DNA of 64,000 nucleotides from a virus. Taxonomy: Duplodnaviria; Caudoviricetes. Positions 45,807 through 54,499 of the stretch are shown here, in pieces. The position numbers were made by a program, and so were the translations under genes. The stretch is from the IMG/VR virus record IMGVR_UViG_3300017763_003980; one strand, written 5' to 3'. The notes under the pieces were generated by a model. It was not told the DNA's origin. It was given only the letters and a program-made list of their open reading frames with translations, and ran no database searches. Every line of letters begins with the position of its first letter. Position 1 is the stretch's first letter.

Positions 45807-46781
45807 TTAGCTGCCGATAGTTGATTTCTTATCAGCTGCTGCTTCTGGCTTGCCTTTTTTCTCTGCACCGTGTCCTGGTTGTGCTTTTAATGACTTAGAA
45901 GCCTTTCCACCTGGTACATTTACATTGCCGCCGTCTTGGTCTTTAGCGTTCATATCGCCTAGACCAGCATGGTCGCCGCCGCTTTCTTCAGCACCTTGTA
46001 CTAAGTTACTTGCGTCACCACCCATGTTATTTGGGCTTGCTACTGTGCTTTTTGTGTTTGCACCGTTGTCGCCCATTTTAGCTGAAACTTTCTCTACGTA
46101 TTCACGCATTTCTTCTCCAGCTGATTTTGGATTTTTTGATTCTTCAACTTCTTCATCAGTTGCTTCTTCAACTTCTTCATCTGATGCTTCGTCTACTTCT
46201 TCATCTGATGCTTCGTCTACTTCTTCATCTGATGCTTCAAACGGAAGTGCTGACTCTTCTTCAGGCTCTTCGTCACCTGGCTCTTCGTCATCACCAGCCA
46301 TCATTTTTTCAAATTCGGCTTTAAGATCATCTAATGCATCTTCTAAGTCTTCAACACGATCTTCAACGTCACCTTCTGGCTCTTCACCTTCTTCGTCGTC
46401 TCCGCCTTCGTCACCCATTCCGCTAAGTGCTGCCTCTAGGTCATCACCTGCATCGCCACCTACTGCTTCAATAGGATCAGCTTCTACTTCAAACTCATCT
46501 AAGTCAAAACCTTCTTCAACTTCTTCGTCTGATGCTTCATCTACTTCTTCATCTGATGCTTCATCTACTTCTTCGTCAGTAGCTTCATCTACTTCTTCGT
46601 CAGTAGCTTCATCTACTTCTTCGTCAGTAGCTTCATCGACATCTTTGTCGTCTTCTAAAAGACCTTCATAAATATCTCTTGATTTTTCTACCACAATTTC
46701 GTGGAATAATTTTTCTGCCGCGTCCTTGTCTTCGTTGACAAGTAATTCAAGCATTTGTTCAAATTTGTTACGATCTGCCAT
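45807..46781 (-). CDS. Highly acidic prohead core protein; probable start 46781
   Basis: AGGAGAG RBS before MADRNKFEQ; D/E-rich with 8-aa repeats; between portal and protease, the position of T4 gp67/gp68. Confidence 0.6.
   Translation of the reverse strand: MADRNKFEQMLELLVNEDKDAAEKLFHEIVVEKSRDIYEGLLEDDKDVDEATDEEVDEATDEEVDEATDEEVDEASDEEVDEASDEEVEEGFDLDEFEVEADPIEAVGGDAGDDLEAALSGMGDEGGDDEEGEEPEGDVEDRVEDLEDALDDLKAEFEKMMAGDDEEPGDEEPEEESALPFEASDEEVDEASDEEVDEASDEEVEEATDEEVEESKNPKSAGEEMREYVEKVSAKMGDNGANTKSTVASPNNMGGDASNLVQGAEESGGDHAGLGDMNAKDQDGGNVNVPGGKASKSLKAQPGHGAEKKGKPEAAADKKSTIGS
46140..46640 (-). repeat. Two arrays of 24-bp tandem repeats encoding V(D/E)EA(T/S)DEE
   Basis: About 5 copies at about 46520-46640 and about 4 copies at about 46140-46240. 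Confidence 0.9.
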
Positions 46782-46900
46782 TTTTACTCTCCTATAATGT
46801 ATTGTACATACCGATTGGGTATGGGCTGTCATAATATATTTACTTTATTTGCAGAAAAGTGCGTACAAATAGGCTCAAAACGAGCCATTTTTGCAGATTA

Positions 46901-47605
46901 TTAGATTTTAAAGGATTTTTTGAAATCCCGTACATGGATGTTTTCAACATTATCCAGTTTTGTAAGCTCAGGAGGAGTAAAAAAACTTTCTCCTAACACT
47001 CTTATATATCTCTTTTGAGGATTATTCTGGCATGTAATAATAGTTTGTTTAAGCCAATTTCCAAAATAAGTTGCTTTTTCAGTTGGTGCTTTATAATTTT
47101 GAGTGCCTGCGTATATATTATTTACTAATTGTCCTGTTCCTTCAAAATCAAATCCTATAATATAGATAGTATCGTAATCTGTCATATCAGAAGCTAACCA
47201 TAATGCTGTAGGGCCACTGCTCCATCCTTTAGAAGGTTGAAAAAATTTGAATCCGGTCATTTCTGCATATGCTCTATTTGGATTAGTCCAAGTTTCTACT
47301 TGATGTTGTATACCTGCTTTGTTAAGTTCTAAAACCATTTTTGTATCCACAGCTACAAGGTAATCAGGAATAAAGTCTCTATATACCGCATTACATCCAT
47401 ATATTTTACCAAAAGGTTTAAGACTTGGTAAAGCAATAGGCTCTCTACTTGTGCCATTTCCAATTACAAAGGCTATTTTATTGTTTGTAGGTGCAGTTGA
47501 TAGTGTTTCAGGAGGAGGTGTGTTTTTTGCTAGCTTACTTGATTTAGCTAAATTTTTTCGAGCTTTTCTTTGCTCTTTAGTTTCACCTGGAATATATTTT
47601 TTCAT
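46901..47605 (-). CDS. Maf/CstII-like (DUF115-type) putative glycosyltransferase
   Basis: FVIGNGTS, YGCNAVY..PDYLVAVD, SSGPTAL and IYIIGFD motifs. Confidence 0.55.
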   Translation of the reverse strand: MKKYIPGETKEQRKARKNLAKSSKLAKNTPPPETLSTAPTNNKIAFVIGNGTSREPIALPSLKPFGKIYGCNAVYRDFIPDYLVAVDTKMVLELNKAGIQHQVETWTNPNRAYAEMTGFKFFQPSKGWSSGPTALWLASDMTDYDTIYIIGFDFEGTGQLVNNIYAGTQNYKAPTEKATYFGNWLKQTIITCQNNPQKRYIRVLGESFFTPPELTKLDNVENIHVRDFKKSFKI

Positions 47606-47608
47606 TTA

Positions 47609-47851
47609 TCATACAGAATCTGGTTGAGCTGCTATTCCGTACATTTGTTTTACAAACTGCAACTCTTTTACCTTTTCTTCTGTATGTAGCTCTGAGGATT
47701 TTCTTATTCTATTAATTTGAGCTAAAGTCAATCTACTTTTACGTGTATCTGATTTTTTTACAGGAGTATCGTCATAGTCAGCTTCGTAGCGATTATCCTC
47801 TACAGGCTCAACTGTGTTTCTATCAAAATAAAATAATTCACGTAGTATCAT
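47609..47851 (-). CDS. Small hypothetical head-module protein
   Basis: 80 aa; TAAATA-N5-ATG; directly after the portal gene. Confidence 0.65.
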   Translation of the reverse strand: MILRELFYFDRNTVEPVEDNRYEADYDDTPVKKSDTRKSRLTLAQINRIRKSSELHTEEKVKELQFVKQMYGIAAQPDSV

Positions 47852-47859
47852 GTTAGTAT

Positions 47860-49611
47860 TTATACCGTTTGGTCTGTTGTTGCTGGACTACCTATATCAT
47901 CACCAGTTACAGTTGATGGCGCATCACCTGCTCCGCCATCAGTAGTTGGAGCATCGCCTTCAGCTTCGTCTTCAATATTTCCAAGATCATCTCCCATACT
48001 GGCAGGACTAATACCAGCATCTCTCATTTGTGCTGAAGTATCATCGTTTGTAGGAATTATATCTTCGTCATTCTCTTCACGCCATAGTCTTTCATTTTCA
48101 GCAAGCTCTTCGTCAGTCATACCTAAGAAACGTTTGAGTGCAAATCTATTTGACATATACGGTATAGCAGCCATTTGTGAATAAGTTGGTACTCGAGCAT
48201 TATCAATCTCTGCTTGCCTATAACTTGCAAAATTTTGTGGTGGTTGAAATTTTAAATCAAACATTGAAGTATCTACATTGATACCTCTTTCTAACATATA
48301 GCGTTTAAATTCTTGATCAAATTCCTGTACAACTAAATTTTGTAGTCTTTCACAATATGTGTTGAATCTTAATTCTTGAATATATGCTGTTCCAACTCTT
48401 CCGTCATTGTATTGTGCAGCTGAATCGTCTGCACCAGTAGGCAGATAACTTGATGGAATACGCAGACCGCGAACTAACTTGTTAGTAAAATACCTAAGAT
48501 CATCAATTTCTCCTAAGTTTGTACCGCCTGGTAGTGTTTCAACTTTTGATCCACGTCCTTCAGCAGTTTGAGGGAAAAAGTAATCTTCGTTAATTGACAA
48601 AGGATTGTATGAACTGTCTATGACATTTGTTCCGCCCCCAGTCTGCGATGGTATACGTCTTTGATGTATTTCCGTCTTAACACGCTCTACAAATTGCATA
48701 GCAAGGTGCGATGGCATGTTACCCACATCAACATAGAAAACTCTTCTTTCTGGTGCTCTTTGTACACGATATATAATAATAGCATCTTCAAGTAATTCTT
48801 TTTGTTTGTATACTTTAAAAATTGTTTCAAGTAAAGAATTACCAAATGGATAATTATTGTCTAGTCCTTCTGACAAACTTAGATGTATTACATGTTTAGC
48901 GTCTACAGTTACTTCTCCATCATCAGTAGTAAATCTACTACCACTGTAACTTGACATAGGTTGTCCAACCATTCCTTTGGCGCCGCCGGTTGGTGTGTAC
49001 TGTTGATTGCCTCCACTTGTAATATTACCATTTGTATGATAAGGAGTAGTAGCTATTCCGTCTTTAAAATTAAAATTAATATTTTTAACTACATACTGTT
49101 CGGGTACTTTCCCTTCACTTTCGTTAACAATAATACGTGACACGTTTGCAGGATCAACATGAAACCAACGCTTAGTTTCTGGATCACGTACAAAAAACTG
49201 ATCTCCGTATTTGAAAACATTTCTTAATATTCGAAATATTTTTGTTTCAAAGTTTTGTAGTTTACACCATTGTTGTAGGTACTGACCAATAATGTTTACT
49301 TCATTATTAGTTGCGTTTTTATTTTTATAGTTTACTATAAAAGGTGAATTATTTGCTTTATTTTTTTGTGTGCAAAATTCTGCTAGAATATCTAATGCAG
49401 CATTTACTTCCGAATCTTGATCCATGGTGTTGTACTGACCATAGCGTTCAACTCGATTTGGTGAGCCAACGTATACATCAGGCAGATAGCTAGAATAATT
49501 AGACTTTGCTGGTCCTGCGAGATTTCCGCTACTTTTAGCAGTGAAAGGACTATAGCTTCCATTTGTATTATTACCTGTTGGAACAGGAGTAAAATATTTC
49601 TTCCAACTCAT
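47860..49611 (-). CDS. g20: Portal protein (T4 gp20-like)
   Basis: LLEDAIIIYRVQRAPERRVFYVDVGNMP, EDYFFP...GRGSKVETLPGG, L.IPSS.L. Confidence 0.95.
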   Translation of the reverse strand: MSWKKYFTPVPTGNNTNGSYSPFTAKSSGNLAGPAKSNYSSYLPDVYVGSPNRVERYGQYNTMDQDSEVNAALDILAEFCTQKNKANNSPFIVNYKNKNATNNEVNIIGQYLQQWCKLQNFETKIFRILRNVFKYGDQFFVRDPETKRWFHVDPANVSRIIVNESEGKVPEQYVVKNINFNFKDGIATTPYHTNGNITSGGNQQYTPTGGAKGMVGQPMSSYSGSRFTTDDGEVTVDAKHVIHLSLSEGLDNNYPFGNSLLETIFKVYKQKELLEDAIIIYRVQRAPERRVFYVDVGNMPSHLAMQFVERVKTEIHQRRIPSQTGGGTNVIDSSYNPLSINEDYFFPQTAEGRGSKVETLPGGTNLGEIDDLRYFTNKLVRGLRIPSSYLPTGADDSAAQYNDGRVGTAYIQELRFNTYCERLQNLVVQEFDQEFKRYMLERGINVDTSMFDLKFQPPQNFASYRQAEIDNARVPTYSQMAAIPYMSNRFALKRFLGMTDEELAENERLWREENDEDIIPTNDDTSAQMRDAGISPASMGDDLGNIEDEAEGDAPTTDGGAGDAPSTVTGDDIGSPATTDQTV

Positions 49612-52600
49612 TTAGTCTCTTCCCATCAACACTTGCGTAGACACATCGCTACTTCTATTTGCAGCTTTTTTAATATTTGGCGATTGTTCTTGTAATTCTT
49701 CCAATATGAGCGTCATTGTAGTATTTAGTGTGTTTAGCTCTGTTGCACTCATGTTCTGATTCATTGATTGAGTGCTAAGATATGATCCTGCTGCTGATTG
49801 TGATGTTACTTGCTGTGGTTTAGATCTTGCGCCTGCTCCTTTTACTGTTGTGGTTTGATCTTTAGCTGCTTCATTAATTGCTGTAAGTTGTTCAGCTACA
49901 GAACTAAGTGCATCTGCATAGCTTTGAACTTTAACAGCATCCATTCCGTCTTGTATAGTATTCAGTGCAGATTTTAAATTTGGTATGTCTATTATGCTGC
50001 TTACTGCGGCTCTTGCACTTTCTAAAGTGTTAGCGGATTCTACACCAGATTGAATCTCGCTTGATGATATAGTTTCATCCGGAGTTGGAGCACTATCGCT
50101 ACTACCTATCGATTTGCCTTTGCCGCCTAACCAAGTTGGTAAAAAGTCTCTGAAGTTTGGCATTGTAAAATCAAATGTAAAGAATCCTGTTATAGCGTCC
50201 CACACTTTTGTAAATTGAGATTTAATACTATATTTTGACCAGTCAATGTCACTAAAAGACGTGCCAAGTTTAGATCCTACATCTGATAGGAATGTTTTTG
50301 CAGAAGTATATTTGTCTACAATAGTATTATCAAATGCAGTTTTAATTGATGTTCCTATACCTTTAGCTTTAGTTATTGCATCATTAAAAGCTGAAGTAAT
50401 AGTACCATCATCCCAAGCAGTTTTAATTGATGTTCCTATACCTTTAACTTTAGTTGCTGCATCATTAAAGGCTGAACCAATAGTACTATCGTCCCAAGCA
50501 GTTTTAATTGCTGATCCTACAGCTATAGCTTTTTCTCTTGCAGTATTAAAGGCTGAAGTAATAGTACCATCGTCCCAAGCAGTCTTTATACTTCCTGCTA
50601 CACCTGAAACATAATTTTTAGCAGTAGTAAATTTGGTTGATATACCTTCTTTAGCATCATCCCAAGTGTTAGCAATAGATGTTCCTATAAGTGCAACATT
50701 ATTTTTTGCTCTTGTAAAACCATCTGATATACCTTGTTTAGTATCATCCCAGGTGTTAGAAATAGATGTGCCTATACCTTTTATACTATCTATAGCACTG
50801 TTATATTTTTCAACTACGGCAGCTTTTCCATCGGTCCACATGTTGCCGATACTTGTTCCCCAACCTTTTATTGCTTCTATTGCAGGATCAAATGCTCCTG
50901 AAAAATATGCCGCGGTTCCCATACCTATTAAAGCTGTACCAAGTGCGGCTGCTATTCCAACCGGTCCTGTTAAAGGAAGCAAAAACAATGCGGCTAAACC
51001 TGCGGCACCCAGTGCGCCTCCTATTGCAATACTTCCCCAATCGATACTACCAATTAACGAACTGATCGCAGCACCTATCGCTTCTCCTAGTATTTTACCA
51101 AGTCCTGCAGAATCTCCTTCACCACCAAATAAACCTGCAACGTCTTTATCTAACACTCTGTCAGTGCCGTCTTTATTTTTTCCTATAACTTGGTCTTTTT
51201 TACCGCCAAAGATTGCTGTCTTAAGATCATATGTTGCTATATCTGATATAAACTGTTCTACAGCTTTCATAAGTACAGTTAAACCATCTGCTAATTTTTT
51301 CATAGCACTTGAAATTGTTTCTTTACCTTCTTCACTAGTAAAAAATTCAGTTAATTTACTAAATCCGGCTGCCAGTATTTCCATAGGTCCGCCTTCAGCG
51401 AAGAATATTTGTGCAATAGTAGATCTTAAATCTATAATGTCCTGTTGAAATCCTTTTAGTGCTTCGTCTTTTTGTTTTTCTAGAGCAATTCTTGCTTCAG
51501 CATTTTTTATTGCTACATCCATGTCTTTAGCAGAAAAAGTAGCAAGTTCTGTGCTAGCTCTCAACGCCGCACCAAAAGATGTGTTACCATCTACTAGTTG
51601 CTGGAATGCAGCTTCTGACATGCCGCCAGCTTTTGCTTCGACTTCTTTTTTGACTTTTTCAAAAAATTCTAGCTGGGCTCCAACGTCCATATTTTTTAGA
51701 TTTTTTGCATCATTCCTAAAAGTATCACTCATTGCCATAAGACCTTCAGAAACACTTCCTGGTTTTGGTACGCCATCTACCATATCAGTAACAGCTTCTG
51801 ACATTGCAGGACCTAAACTACTACTCACTGTCATAGCAGCTCTAAAGTTTTTCTGCTGGTCTTTCGTCATTTTAGAAATAGCTTGAGCATTTCTAGCATC
51901 TTCCATTTTTGCTGTAAGCTCAGCTTGTATTGCTTTTCTTTGCTTGCCAGTTACAGCTGATAACATCATTAGTTCTTCGCCATACGCAGCCATGTCTTCT
52001 TGTGATATTTTATTATTTTTTCTGTCAATACCATACTGTCTGTCTTGATATTCTGTGTAGTCTAGCATTAGCTCATTAATATCAGATACAGTATATCCTA
52101 AGTTCATTAATTCTTTGCCTGGACCTTTTCTAAAATCTCTAGACATATTACCAAATGCTATTCCAGCAGTTGCAGTTGTCCCTCCAAACAATCTCATACG
52201 ATCAGCGTTCTCAGTAATAACACCTGTAAACATATCCAAAGGCATTGCTGCATTTGCAGCAGCCAGTCTTAGGCCGTTGAGTCCAACGCCAAATGTTGCA
52301 CCTGACTCACTAAGTGATCTAAATGCGGCAAGATTAGTATCAAGAATTCCAGCAAATGATCCAAGTATTCCGCCTACAAACGGAACAGTTTTTGCAAAAC
52401 TTTCTAAACTGTCTTCTGATCCAAATAAAGCTTTCGAAAAATTAGTAACACTGCCAAGTAGTTGTCCAGATACAGCGCCGCCGAATGACAATACTGATTT
52501 AGTTGCTCCGTTAAGTGCTTTACGGAATCTACCGGTTTCATCTTTAGATTTTTTTTCTTCTTTGTTTTTTTCTTTTTGCTGATAAGTTGATGCTTGAATT

Positions 52601-52764
52601 ATTTTATAATTCTCTTGTAATATTGCTTGCGCCTTTTTAGGATCCATGCCTCCGCCCTGAGCTTTTGCCATAGACTCCATAGCCGCGGTCAATCTAACTA
52701 GAGTAACTTCACTTGCTACTCCGTTGGCGCCGCCTACATTACCAATTTCTACTTCTTCAGCCAA
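49612..52764 (-). CDS. Tail tape measure protein (TTG start)
   Basis: 1050 aa, helical and Ala/Gly-rich, with hydrophobic Gly/Ala segments and Trp-anchored repeats. Confidence 0.75.
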   Translation of the reverse strand: MAEEVEIGNVGGANGVASEVTLVRLTAAMESMAKAQGGGMDPKKAQAILQENYKIIQASTYQQKEKNKEEKKSKDETGRFRKALNGATKSVLSFGGAVSGQLLGSVTNFSKALFGSEDSLESFAKTVPFVGGILGSFAGILDTNLAAFRSLSESGATFGVGLNGLRLAAANAAMPLDMFTGVITENADRMRLFGGTTATAGIAFGNMSRDFRKGPGKELMNLGYTVSDINELMLDYTEYQDRQYGIDRKNNKISQEDMAAYGEELMMLSAVTGKQRKAIQAELTAKMEDARNAQAISKMTKDQQKNFRAAMTVSSSLGPAMSEAVTDMVDGVPKPGSVSEGLMAMSDTFRNDAKNLKNMDVGAQLEFFEKVKKEVEAKAGGMSEAAFQQLVDGNTSFGAALRASTELATFSAKDMDVAIKNAEARIALEKQKDEALKGFQQDIIDLRSTIAQIFFAEGGPMEILAAGFSKLTEFFTSEEGKETISSAMKKLADGLTVLMKAVEQFISDIATYDLKTAIFGGKKDQVIGKNKDGTDRVLDKDVAGLFGGEGDSAGLGKILGEAIGAAISSLIGSIDWGSIAIGGALGAAGLAALFLLPLTGPVGIAAALGTALIGMGTAAYFSGAFDPAIEAIKGWGTSIGNMWTDGKAAVVEKYNSAIDSIKGIGTSISNTWDDTKQGISDGFTRAKNNVALIGTSIANTWDDAKEGISTKFTTAKNYVSGVAGSIKTAWDDGTITSAFNTAREKAIAVGSAIKTAWDDSTIGSAFNDAATKVKGIGTSIKTAWDDGTITSAFNDAITKAKGIGTSIKTAFDNTIVDKYTSAKTFLSDVGSKLGTSFSDIDWSKYSIKSQFTKVWDAITGFFTFDFTMPNFRDFLPTWLGGKGKSIGSSDSAPTPDETISSSEIQSGVESANTLESARAAVSSIIDIPNLKSALNTIQDGMDAVKVQSYADALSSVAEQLTAINEAAKDQTTTVKGAGARSKPQQVTSQSAAGSYLSTQSMNQNMSATELNTLNTTMTLILEELQEQSPNIKKAANRSSDVSTQVLMGRD
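50330..50840 (-). repeat. Tape measure internal repeats: three 87-bp then three 81-bp units
   Basis: Anchor TCCCAAG-like at 50411, 50492, 50573, 50660 and 50747; W/F spacing is 29,29,29,27,27,27 aa. Confidence 0.85.
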
Positions 52765-52791
52765 AATTCATGCTTCCTAGTTAACTACGCA

Positions 52792-52831
52792 TATAAATAA
52801 ATTAGATACATACTTATATTATGTATTTATA
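52792..52831. promoter_or_regulatory. Face-to-face late promoters TATAAATA (+ 52792-52799; - 52824-52831)
   Basis: Exact motifs in the 80-bp gap between the divergent tape measure and gp26-like genes. Confidence 0.7.
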
Positions 52832-52843
52832 CGGAGAAAGATC

Positions 52844-53743
52844 ATGGCAGAATTTAACCCCTTAACTGCTGACGCTAATTTAAAATCATTAGCCGATACA
52901 GGAAAAAATCCTTTAGAACAATACTTTAGACAGCCTAAAGTATATATAACCCTTCCTAGTAAAGGAAAATACTATGCAGATGGTGCATTAGATATTCCAG
53001 AAACTGGTGAATTTCCGGTGTTTGCAATGACAGCAAAGGATGAACTTACTATGAAAACACCTGATGCTTTATTGAATGGCGCAGCAACAGTTAGTGTTAT
53101 TAAAAGTTGTGTTCCTAATATTGTTGACCCTTGGGAATTACCTAGTATCGATCTTGATGCAATATTAATTGGTATTAGAATTGCTACATACGGCGAAATG
53201 CTTGATATTGATACAAAAGTTCCTGTAACAGGTGAAGATAAAACATTCCAAGTTGATCTAAGAAAAATGCTTAATAAATTAGTTACTGTTGACTACGAAG
53301 ATGAAATAAGTGTAGGTGACTTTACAGTTACGTTAAGACCGCTAACTTATAAAAAGTTTACAGAAACTAGTTTAAAAACATTTGAAGAACAAAGAATTTT
53401 TAATACAGTTAATGACGATGAACTGCCAGACTCGGATAAATTAGCTAGATTTGCAGAAAGTTTTCAAAAACTAACTGATATTACAGTTGCTATGATGGCA
53501 AATGGTATTGCAAAGATATCAATCGGTGACACTGAAGTTACTAATCCAGATCATATCTCAGAATTTATCGACAATGTTGATAAAAATGTTTATCAAGAAA
53601 TCCTTGATCATCTTGATAACCAAAGAAAAAAGTTTGTTATTGAACCAATGAAAGTAACTTCTACTCCAGAAGATATAAAAAATGGTGCTCCAGAAACATT
53701 TGAAGTTCCAATTACATTTGATCAATCAAATTTTTTCGCATAA
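52844..53743 (+). CDS. Baseplate hub assembly / tail chaperone protein (T4 gp26-like)
   Basis: RQPKVYITLPSKG, MTAKDELTMKTPDALLNG, DLDAILIGIRIATYGE, PITFDQSNFF. Confidence 0.7.
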   Translation: MAEFNPLTADANLKSLADTGKNPLEQYFRQPKVYITLPSKGKYYADGALDIPETGEFPVFAMTAKDELTMKTPDALLNGAATVSVIKSCVPNIVDPWELPSIDLDAILIGIRIATYGEMLDIDTKVPVTGEDKTFQVDLRKMLNKLVTVDYEDEISVGDFTVTLRPLTYKKFTETSLKTFEEQRIFNTVNDDELPDSDKLARFAESFQKLTDITVAMMANGIAKISIGDTEVTNPDHISEFIDNVDKNVYQEILDHLDNQRKKFVIEPMKVTSTPEDIKNGAPETFEVPITFDQSNFFA

Positions 53744-53774
53744 GGATCTTATCTTGGGGCGAGGCTGAGATCCT
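53728..53774 (+). promoter_or_regulatory. Predicted programmed -1 ribosomal frameshift signal
   Basis: Overlapping slippery heptamers A_AAT_TTT and T_TTT_TTC in the 0 frame, followed by the hairpin AGGATCTTA-TCTTG-ggg-CGAGG-c-TGAGATCCT (53743-53774). Confidence 0.7.
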
Positions 53775-53790
53775 AGAAGAAGTCTCCAAA

Positions 53791-53967
53791 ATGCAAAATT
53801 TACAAAAAGAGCTCAAATCCGAAATACTTAAACTGTGTTGGTATATGCGTGGCGGAGTGTCTGTTAATGAAGGCTTTAATCTCTCATACGAAGAAAGATC
53901 GTTAATCACAGATATTATTCAAGATAATATGGAAACTACTAAGAAAAGTGGATTGCCTTTCTTTTAA
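53791..53967 (+). CDS. gp51-like small ORF (58 aa from ATG), absent from the track; probably the C-terminal part of a frameshift fusion
   Basis: MQNLQKELKSEILKLCWYMRGGVS...EERSLI...KKSGLPFF; the -1 frame is open from 53722; only a weak RBS. Confidence 0.7.
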   Translation: MQNLQKELKSEILKLCWYMRGGVSVNEGFNLSYEERSLITDIIQDNMETTKKSGLPFF

Positions 53968-54478
53968 CATTAGCCATATCAATATATTTGTATTGTTCTG
54001 ATGTCTGTTGAAATGATTGTTCAGCTCTCCAATTTTTACTAGGCCAAGGACAAGATAAATTCTCTTCGATATAACAGTTGTATTTAGAAATCATATTGTT
54101 ATACCCTAATGGTCTCGCTACAATACAATACTGTTCATGAAACCCACAATATATTATGTTATCTAATTTTTTTTCTTTGATAAAGTTTTCTAATATAGTA
54201 AGTCCGTTTTGATTCGAATGCTTTAGCCAGAGATAATTTCTCATAAAATCAGGACTATCTTTTATGTCGTTAGTTATAACTATCTTATTTTTCATATGGC
54301 TAGCATATTCAAATATTTTTTTCATACACTCATTATTCCACTGATTAAGAGATAGTCCAAGATATTCTTTACTGCATTCCTTATCCGCTGATTCTTGATC
54401 TTTCACAGGATCCATAATAATCCACAAAGATTTATCAGATATTTCAGTAAGTTGTTTATGTGAATAATTCATTTTCAT
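53939..54478 (-). CDS. Hypothetical protein, possibly isochorismatase-like fold
   Basis: LWIIMD...IIYCGFHEQYCIV.R..G pattern; TAAATA-N5-ATG. Confidence 0.5.
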   Translation of the reverse strand: MKMNYSHKQLTEISDKSLWIIMDPVKDQESADKECSKEYLGLSLNQWNNECMKKIFEYASHMKNKIVITNDIKDSPDFMRNYLWLKHSNQNGLTILENFIKEKKLDNIIYCGFHEQYCIVARPLGYNNMISKYNCYIEENLSCPWPSKNWRAEQSFQQTSEQYKYIDMANVKRKAIHFS

Positions 54479-54499
54479 ATTACTATTTAAGCTTTACTT

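Noticed and set aside
46140-46640. Possible CRISPR-like array
   Set aside because: The repeats are contiguous 24-bp in-frame coding units with no unique spacers, and no cas genes are present.
45850-46671. 273-aa Ser-rich plus-strand ORF
   Set aside because: It is the reverse complement of the acidic GAA/GAT repeats; low complexity explains the lack of stops.
50246-52582. Several long plus-strand ORFs opposite the tape measure gene, and similar ones opposite the fibre genes
   Set aside because: These are antisense shadows caused by codon bias of Ala/Gly/Thr-rich minus-strand genes.
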